Assembly: GCF_006345805.1 (NCBI RefSeq)
Contig: NC_043000.1
Location: 76,632,001 to 76,696,000 of the forward strand
Direction: 5' to 3'
Source of the DNA: Octopus sinensis
Lineage: Eukaryota
Length of the DNA: 64,000 bases
Part shown: piece by piece, positions 54,969-64,000 of the stretch
Numbering within the stretch: position 1 is the first letter of the stretch
Layout: each line of letters opens with the position of its first letter
Made by a program: the position numbers and the translations under genes
The notes under the pieces: generated by a model
The model's input: only the letters and a program-made list of their open reading frames with translations
What the model was told of the DNA's origin: nothing
Databases searched by the model: none

Positions 54969-55345
54969 ACCTTAAAAAAGTAACAGTCATGTATACAACT
55001 TAAACAGACACATCAGTACATAAACATACGTTCACATGTACATACACACGTACACACACAGACACGTCTACACACTGACCTACATACTCACGTACATACA
55101 TAAGTACATACATACAAACATACATACATACATTCATATAGGCATGCACACATCCGTACGCATGTACACATATGCATACGCACATACATGTACACACACA
55201 TACATACATATATACATACATACGCACATACATACATACATACATACATACATACATACATACATACATACATACATACATACATACATACGTACATATA
55301 TATCATGAACTAAAACTGTTACTTTCTCAAATGCAGCACGGAATT

Positions 55346-55394
55346 TTGTCAGTGATCAGGTCGCGGCTTCAAAGCGACGAAAATATTTTGGCAA
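55346..55394 (+). ncRNA. Variant hammerhead fold with G3-C8 core
   Basis: TTGTCA-GTGATCA-G-GTCGC-ggcttcaaa-GCGAC-GAA-AATATT-T-TGGCAA. Confidence 0.65.
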
Positions 55395-55487
55395 ATTAAA
55401 TTAAAATGTTGACGTGAATCTAACGGTTTTTGTGTGTTTTTAAATGGCTTATAAACACCGTCCACGCTGCAATGTTTATATATATAT

Positions 55488-55548
<61 letters not shown>

Positions 55549-55564
55549 TATATATATATACATA

Positions 55565-55664
<100 letters not shown>

Positions 55665-55666
55665 TC

Positions 55667-55747
<81 letters not shown>

Positions 55748-57008
55748 CATGTTGGGGAACAGATTTTCTATTGGACATGTTTATTGAAAACACAACCAAA
55801 TCCTTGTTTTATCATTTTTTTACCCAAGGTTTCTATTTCATATTTTTGTACGAGTTCTTTGAAGTTTCTTTGCAACAGTAAGATTTTCAATTCATCATCA
55901 AGATTTCTAGACTTTAATGGCCTCATCTTCAAGATGAAGGTATGATATCGTTTATTACTGCCTGCTTCTTGTAGGCAGGACTAATGGAATTAATATAGAC
56001 AAGGCCTCCAGAATCTCAACTCATGACCATCAGACTTAAACGTCATCAGTCAGGTGTTTATTTTCGTTTGTGATTAATGTATGACATTCGTGTGTTTATT
56101 TTAGCGTTGTGCTGAATTATGCGTATTGCATCATTAATAATTTATCTTGCGAAAACTGTACAGAATAGATGCATCGTTGAGTAATATGTTTCTAGTCTTG
56201 ACTTGTGTCGCGCGAAGTGGTACGCTGCGTTAATTTCTTGTTAGTACATGATGAACTAGCGCATGCTACTTGTATAACCAATACAATAGTAAGTCATAGA
56301 TGTTTTCAGATATGTTTATCGCATATGTACTTGATTAGTATAATATGCTTTATTTACGGTTTGGGTATTGTTAATAGATATCTGATGTAGCAGTCTGATT
56401 CATTCGTTCGGTGTATTTGTGTTTGTATTGTTCAATGTTTCGATCAGTTAGTTAAATAGAATACTTGTTTGTTATATTGCAACGAATCTTTTATTGCATC
56501 GTTCGCTTAGAAGAAGCTAAATGTTCTTCCAAGTAATGATTTTACTGTTTACATTTTGTATGTGTGTGAGCAGTCACTGCCTGCAATTATAAGTATTGTA
56601 ACTATTCGTGTCTTCAGAGCAAACGGACGTGGTGCTTGCACTTGCTATTTGAATGTTTATGTATAAGGATCTATGTATTTCCATAAATAGGGAACATATT
56701 TTCTTTCAGACATGTTATATTGAAGATACAGCCGTGTTCGAGACTACTCTTTTTTTCTTATTAAAGAGTTTTTCTATTCTTTATTATTCTTTTGTGTTTC
56801 ATTTAGAACAAAAATGTCCCAAAATCAATTAACGCTATGAGACCTTCTCGGCTTCATCTTTGCAATGAAATTATGATAGTAGTGCGTTATTGCCAAGTAT
56901 CGTAGTAGGAATGAAATCCAGAGTATAAAATCGAGAAGGTCTTGAAACTTGAATGGATTTTGTAACATTATAAAGTAAGCGAAAGCAAAAAGTAAAGAAA
57001 TATGAACA

Positions 57009-57180
57009 GGCGCAGGAGTGGCTGAGTGGTAAGTAGCTTGCTAACCAACCACATGGTTCCGGGTTCAGTCTCACTGCGTGGCACCTTGGGCAAGTGTCTT
57101 CTACTATAGCCTCAGGCCGACCAATGCCTTGTGAGTGGATTTGGTAGACGGAAACTGAAAGAAGCCCGTCGTATATATAT

Positions 57181-57211
<31 letters not shown>

Positions 57212-57428
57212 GTATGCGTGTGTGTGTTTGTGTCTGTTTGTCCCCCTAGCATTGCTTGACAACCGATGCTGGTGTGTTTACGTCCCCGTCACTTAGCGGT
57301 TCGGCAAAAAGAGACCGATAGAATAAGTACTGGGCTTACAAAGAATAAGTCCCGGGGTCGATTTGGTCGACTAAAGGCGGTGCTCCAGCATGGCCGCAGT
57401 CAAATGACTGAAACAAGTAAAAGAGTAA
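57009..57428 (+). mobile_element. Full-length tRNA-derived SINE with internal (TA)n(GT)n tract
   Basis: GGCGCAGGAGTGGCTGAGTGG (A box) ... GGTTCAGTCTC (B-box-like) ... AAATGACTGAAACAAGTAAAAGAG; partial copies at 2906-3040, 3805-4180, 8906-9090(-), 18060-18200, 47831-47995, 60690-60830, 60873-61205. Confidence 0.9.
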
Positions 57429-57688
57429 CATTTGATAAAAAGATTAAATTCGAATATAATCATGTCTTCAGTGCACACACACACACACACGCACACATCA
57501 CACACACACACAAACAGACACAGGCACACACGCACGTACGCACACACACACGCACGTACGCTCGCGCGCGCACACACATATGCACACGAGGCTGACCATA
57601 AAACTACAAACACAGACGCACACACACACACAAACACACACGAGTCTGACCATAAAACTACAAACACACACAGACACACAGACACACA

Positions 57689-57730
<42 letters not shown>

Positions 57731-57779
57731 TCTGACCATACATAGCATTCAATCTTTGAATCGTACTCGACTGTTTAAG

Positions 57780-57917
57780 GTATCATCAATTGCCGCCAAA
57801 AAGGAGCAGAAGGTATCAAAATACTTACCACACTTCGTCAGCAAATACGATGGGAGGACAAACGGTGGAATCCCATGTTATTCCAAAGAAAGATCTTTAG
57901 AGAGAATAGCTGCAAAG
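57780..57917 (+). CDS. AGBL2/AGBL3-like: Probable further exon of CCP2/3-like gene
   Basis: Acceptor ctgtttaag, donor gtaagg; phase 0 to 0, joinable to the 39954 exon. [46 protein letters not shown]. Gene assignment is by phase and orientation. Confidence 0.7.
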
Positions 57918-58843
57918 GTAAGGTTGTTATGATGATATTTTCTGGCAACATCTCGTATACATCCTCATAAAGATCGCAAATTCCCCATAAAAACATACTG
58001 AACTTTCGTTTCAGGGCTATTAAATACTTTAGTTCTGGTGAGCTATTGACTCACTCAGTGAGACTTACTGCGTAGTAGTTACGGTGTCTGTTTAATACAC
58101 AGCCACGTCTCACTTCAACAACTACACCTCCACCAACAGCAATAGTTAATCAAGATATACAATAACTACCGAAATCCTTACGGAGGTTTGGAATATAGTG
58201 CACACATACATACATACATACATACATACATACATACATACATACATACATACATACATACATACACACATACATACACACACACACATACCATACCAAA
58301 CATAAACACAGAGGCACATATACACATATACATACACATATAGGTAGCCACTCGTAGAATTCCAGTATAAATGGTTGAGTAATCCCCAGAAACGTAATCT
58401 TCTGGCACAGAAAGTGTGACAAACTGGTCTTTTAAATTACTGGTACAATTCAGTTGAAGGGATTCCGCACAGTTTCCGTCAGCCCAACTATACACATATA
58501 TATGTATACATGGATATATCTTTGTGTGTGTATGTGGGTGGGTGTTTTTTTTTGTGTGCTTGTGCTCGACCCCACTCTATCGTTTGTTTATGCTTCCGTA
58601 ATTTAGCAGTTCAGTTAAAAATGATTGACAGAAAAAGTACCATGACTTTAAAAAAGTCATGGGGTAGATTTGTTCGATTAAACACTTCAAATGGTGTCCC
58701 AGCATGACCGTAGTCTAATGACTGAAACAAATAAAAGATAAATGATACATACATGCATATATACGCATGCGCAATATTCAATCCTCCTCCTTGTCATTCG
58801 CACGTTCTTCTCTTTCTTTAACATGCCTACACATACATGCAGA

Positions 58844-58898
<55 letters not shown>

Positions 58899-59485
58899 GA
58901 GAGTGAGAGAGACAGAGATAAAAAGAGAGAAGGAGAGAGAGTTAGGGAGGGAGAGGAGAGAGATAGAAACATTCCACATGCACGCCCTTCACTACTTTAT
59001 TTTTCTTCTCTTTTACCTCCTCCTCTTCCTCCCTCCACACATACCTAAATGTAAACAGTGTAACTCCTCTTTCCCTCCTCCTGTTGCCATCCCTACTCCC
59101 TATGACATACAAATATTAATCATTAAAATGTCACTGCTGGAGACACCTATAAATCAAAATATTAAGTAGAAAAGGGAATATCTGTTGTCTTGCAAGAAAA
59201 TGTCAACGGCAGCTGCAAAATATAAAGTAAAAACAGTGGAAACAACAACAGTGACAAAAGTGGTGTGACAGGACAATGTAGTGTGACTAACATTGTCAGA
59301 CGAAAGGCGTATAACCTCTGTCGATACAGACAAACCAGTGAGATAATACATAGATAACAGAAATCACTCACTCAAGATAGATGAGAATTTTGCTGGTTAT
59401 TTGCTGTATATGACTGATACAGTCATATACAGTGGTCGGAAATAAGGTAAAGGACTACTCGTCCGAGAAAATAATAATATTCTTC

Positions 59486-60085
59486 TACTGCTCTAGGGAC
59501 CAGTTCTGTAGGTTTTTACGCCACTCTAAACGCTTTGCTACGTTTGTTTTTGAAAGTAGTTATTTTTTGATTGCAGCCCTCCCGTGAAATCCGGCTTTGT
59601 GCTGCTCCCGGCGAAGTTTTTGTGGAAACAGTTCTCAACGTGGTCATTAAGCTCTTCAGTAATTTTGAGAGCTGTACTTTTGTGAACTTTTCTAACAATT
59701 CGCGTCAGGGTCCGACGGTCCCTATCTGAAAGTTCGGAGTTTTGCTTCCGGAGTTTTGCTTCGACGAGGAGGTTTTTCCTTCTTTTTCAAAGGCTGTCAT
59801 TACTTTCGAGACAGTACTTCTTGATACAACAAACATTTCGGCTGTTTTCGTTACGCTAGCGCCTACCATACGAACACCAACAATTTGACCTCTTTGAAAG
59901 TCCGACAGATCTGTCATTTTACTGAATTTTAATTACCTTTTTCTAATGATATCTGAAAAGAATCAGCAACACCATATAATAAATATAAAAAACATAAAAA
60001 TAAACAAGCTTTTGACGGTTTTATAGATATTTCAAAATTATGTTGCTATGATGCTAGGTGTTTCGATTAGTTAGTCCAACCCCTG
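59486..60085 (-). mobile_element. 5' half of the same Tc1 family
   Basis: TIR ...GTCCAACCCCTG followed by TA at 60086; MTDLSDFQRGQIVGVRMVGASVTKTAEMF (ORF 59705-59917). Confidence 0.9.
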
Positions 60086-61316
60086 TATATATATATATAA
60101 GTTAAAAAGGATATAATAATTGCACAAACGAACGGAAAGCAGACACAGAAGGTTACCAAATCTTCATCAGTTATCGGCTTGAGGGTCAAATGCAATTTCG
60201 CGCCTTCAATGATAATAATGATCCTTTCTGGTGGTGTCAGTAACAAGGAGCCGTCGGTAAATGGCGAGCCAACGAACAAGGGACCAAACATGACAAAAAG
60301 GGAACAAACAAATAGGAAATAGATATGCAATACGGAAAGTGGACATACAAACATGAATAAATGTGATTCAAGACGAGACCATTAGTGGACGGACGAGGGA
60401 CAAAGACGAAATCAAACAAGATAAAATATGGACATACGAACAAACTGAAATAAATAAACAGAATACGTCCTTTGGGCAAGACAGGAGACGAAAATATGGT
60501 TAACTCCCGGAGGAATATCCTAAAGGATTAGAAACAGAAGACCAATAGACAGATAGCGAAACTATGTTTGAAAATGGGAGACAAGACAAAATACGAGCAG
60601 TCGCTTGGGCGGTCGGCGTGAAATGGAAAGGAGAAAGAGAATAAAAGATGACGATAACCACAAGTCACGTGTACATATAATATAACTGTGAGGTAAGAAT
60701 CTTGCCCCCCCCAACCACATGCTTCCGGGTCCAATCCCACTGCGTGGCACTTTGAGCAAGTGCCTTCTACAATAGTGTTGGGCTAACCAAACCTTGTGAG
60801 ATAATTCAGTAGATGGAAACCGAAGCAACACATACGCACACATATGTGTTTGGGTTTTTATTTTTTTATTTCAGTGGCTGTGTTGTAAGTAGCTTGCTTA
60901 CCAGCCATATGGTTCTAGATTCAGTCCCACTTCGTGGCGCCTTGGGCAAGTGCCTTCTACTGTAGCCTCGGGACAACTGAAGCCCCGTGAGCGGACTTTG
61001 TAGACGGAAACTGAAAGAAGCCCGTCGTATGTATATATGTGCGCGTGTGTGTGTGTGTCTGTGAGTGTGTGTGTGTGTGTGCGTTTGTGTGTCTGTGCTT
61101 GTACATCCACCATCGCTTGACAACCGATGTTGGTATGTTTACGCCCCGTAATCTAGCGGTTCGGCAAAAGAGACCGATAGAATAAGTACTAGGCTTACAA
61201 AGAATGTGTCTACACAAACATTTGATCACTGTAAACAAATCACCTGTGTGTTTGTTCGGCGAGAAATTGTCGAACCCTCATGCATCATCTAACGACGGGA
61301 GAGTCCATTATATATA

Positions 61317-61386
<70 letters not shown>

Positions 61387-62004
61387 CATAATTATAATTA
61401 GAGTTCATCAAAAATTGCTTCACTACATCACTAAATACCAAAATTTAGAAATAGCAGTTAAATTCTATTCCACTACCATAAGATATCTCCCAAACAGTAA
61501 TACTCTCAACTCACGCAGGTAAAGAGAAAAAAATAACGAATCCACCCGACTTTGATTAACTATATACGCGTTTCTGGGTTAAAGAGATGTAAAAAGATGT
61601 AAAATCATATTTCTACTCACTTATTCCCGTCATCAGTTTTGTATTTCAATTTTAGAGCATTGATAATTAATATACGTATTCGACTAAGCGACATCGAGCA
61701 GCATATATCCAAGAGCCAGTACTTCCGAATTGAAACAGACGAATGAGATATCGCATTCTTTCTCCATCACACACGTGTGGCACGAGTAACTCCGCAGAAA
61801 CTGCAGTTTACTATCAGGGAGTGAATTATGTTATCAATGATAATAAAGGGTAAAATATATTAATCATTAATAAATCAATAATTTTACCAAGTAGTTCGGT
61901 ATGCAAAAAGAATAATTATCGGTAATCTTATACAAACATTCTATAACTATAACTATAAGCATAATTATAATTAGGGTTCAGCAAATTATTGATTTTATAT
62001 ATAT

Positions 62005-62036
<32 letters not shown>

Positions 62037-62103
62037 AGAGTTTTTTGCGTAATAAGATAAAAAACCAAGGCTGTATAGATATTAGAGCATTTATAGATAG
62101 AAG

Positions 62104-62155
62104 GTCTTACGGCTGTTTCTCGGATATTAATTAATAATATCCCTTCATCGGAGAC
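62104..62155 (-). ncRNA. Hammerhead-like fold with U4C change
   Basis: GTCT-CCGATGA-AGGGATATT...AATATCCGA-GAAAC-agcc-GTA-AGAC. Confidence 0.55.
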
Positions 62156-62500
62156 GGTGTGAGGGGAAAGTTAAGTCTTAGTTAGTTTACATATGATACA
62201 AAATAGAGAGTGAGGTGGAGGAAAGAAAATAGATGCAAGATATGTATGGGTATTGAAGTTGTAAATCCGTTTTATCGGCGTAATGGTATATTTGCAATAT
62301 TACAATATCCTTTGAGTAAAATGCAAAAGTCCAATAATAAGCAATTTAAGATTTCCCTTATGATTGAGATCCAACAGATTTTTAAACTTGGTCATTCCCA
62401 GTAGGAAATTTATATACAGTGTTGCAGAGTCAAATATTTGTGTTTAAAATGACCTAGAAATAGGGAGTGTATTAGTCTGGTCAAAGATATATATATATAT

Positions 62501-64000
62501 ATTTCGTTTTTGGATTTGGTTTGCAAGATTCTTTATATGAGTTCGTGTGTTGAAGCATATTCTGTTGTGTCTGGGGAGAGTCATTCTCTTCTAGTGCGTT
62601 ATAATTTAACACTCTCACCGGTAAAGTTTCCACTTATTTCTTATTTTTATTTTCAAAAATTTTCGTTGCGTCTTGCAACCTTTTCAATAGTCTTGACTCT
62701 GTCCGTTATTTACACTGCGTTCCCTTTTGTTTGTTTGTGCGCATGTGTGTGGGTCAGTGTGTGTGTGTGTGCCTATACATGCATGCATGTAGTATGTATG
62801 TGTGTGTGTGTGTTTGCATGTGTATGTATGTATATATGTGTGTGTATGCATATGTATGTATGTGTGTGCATCTGTATGTACGTATCCTGCATATCTATGT
62901 GCTTGCCTGTCCGTGTTTGTGTATTTTCTATGCATGTGTGTGTGAGCATGTGTTTGTATATGTATGTACCTCTGTTTCCTTGTGTGTGCATATCTGTGTG
63001 TGTGTTATGTAACTATGTACCATGTTTGTATGTATGGATGTGCATCTTTATATGTGTGGATCCGTGTCTCCATATGTGTCTGTTCTTGTAATCTATGTAT
63101 CTATCCGTCTGTATATTGATCTGTTTATTTACATATCCAAATGCTTACATATATAAATTAAAAAATAAATAAATAAATAAAGAAAATAAAAAATAAAATA
63201 AAAAATATAATAATAATAAAAAATATAAAAAAATAAAAAATAAAATAAAATATAAAAAATAAGAAATATAAAAAATATTAAAAAAACCCAAAAAACAAAC
63301 AAAAAATAATAATGATTAAAAAAAGGGCATACACCCACACTCACACCCACATACATAACAGTCCACTAACTATTCTACTCTATCTGTGTAAACTGGGTAT
63401 TGATGTATGGTATTTATTGTGTATATTTCCTATTTAATATTGGGGAAGTTTCATTTATAATGACGTACTCCCGTATTTGTCTAAGTGTTGGGTCTTTTTG
63501 GTGCTTGGATAAGATGCGGATGTCAAGTTGACCCAAGTTACCTCCATGGTGGTCTTTGGCATGTTGGAAGAGTATGGAGGACTGTCTTCTGTCGTCATAT
63601 TGTCTTAGATGTTCATTTATCCGTTCCGCAATGCTCCTAGACGTCTCCCCTATGTACATCATGTTCATGTCCTTACAAGCACCTTCTATGCATCTTATAC
63701 TGTAAACTACATTTCGAGTTCTACAGTTAATACTAGGGCTAATTCTACATACCATGCAGTTATCATTGGTGCATATGGTATTCTTAAACGGGTATGTCCT
63801 TCATAGTTGTGATCTGACGGAGTTCCCTGGCTTTTCAACAATTTTAATGTTGAGTTTGGTCTCCTTCAGAGCTTTTCTAAATCTACGGGCTAGTTCGCCA
63901 TGTGCTGTGGCCTCTACAAACATCACTCCTTGATATTTGTCGGTTTTATACCACGTGTTCGCCTTGTTTGCTTTGTCAAAAGCTCTTTGTATTCTATTCC
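62501..64000 (-). mobile_element. 3' part of a Penelope-like element (linker, C-terminal GIY-YIG, about 900-bp microsatellite-rich 3' tail); runs off window
   Basis: One frame from 63998 to stop at 63414: ..GVMFVEAT..GELARR..IKIVEKPG..(TGA)RTYPF...C...C..C...NC..RNVVYSIRC...MYIGETSRSIAERINEH...SPILN. Confidence 0.9.

Noticed and set aside
58178-58495. Protein-like ORF WADGNCAESLQL...
   Set aside because: Contains GACGGAAACTG and TTGTCACAC...TACGTT segments shared with SINEs here; a diverged repeat.
59059-59360. Candidate last exon of the carboxypeptidase gene
   Set aside because: Acceptor is plausible, but the frame closes after 36 codons and there is no homology evidence; left unassigned.
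60140-60250. Minus-strand GAAA...CTGATGA (type-II-like order)
   Set aside because: Stems I and II do not pair.
62539-62588. SECIS-like ATGA...AA...GA spacing in the PLE tail
   Set aside because: The two sides cannot form helix II.
62501-64000. Calling this element a Naiad selenoprotein PLE
   Set aside because: Naiads have an N-terminal endonuclease; here GIY-YIG is at the C-terminus.

Overview
Eukaryotic, AT-rich, microsatellite-dense DNA. The tRNA-SINE families, Penelope-like elements (PLEs) and repeat make-up suggest an octopus or other cephalopod genome (inference). The only host gene I can support is on the + strand: seven phase-compatible exons (13549-57917, 1026 nt, 342 codons) of a cytosolic carboxypeptidase of the CCP2/3 (AGBL2/AGBL3) type. 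They cover the end of the M14 domain with the catalytic Glu and a long low-complexity C-terminal tail; the gene's start and end were not found. Introns and flanks are filled with decayed transposons: Tc1, two mariner subfamilies, a maT/DD37D-like element, a pogo-like MITE, a Helitron-like element, an R4/Dong LINE with a (TAA)n-targeted short partner, several PLE families and several SINE families. Nearly all supplied ORFs are microsatellite read-through artefacts. The most unusual signal is about 15 minimal type-I hammerhead-ribozyme folds in PLE-type terminal repeats. Several have non-canonical cores that keep the 3-8 tertiary pair by covariation (G3-C8 in three copies, U3-A8 in two families), so a CUGANGA search would miss them. 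Fold-back and tandem duplications are also frequent. All folds and alignments were done by eye.
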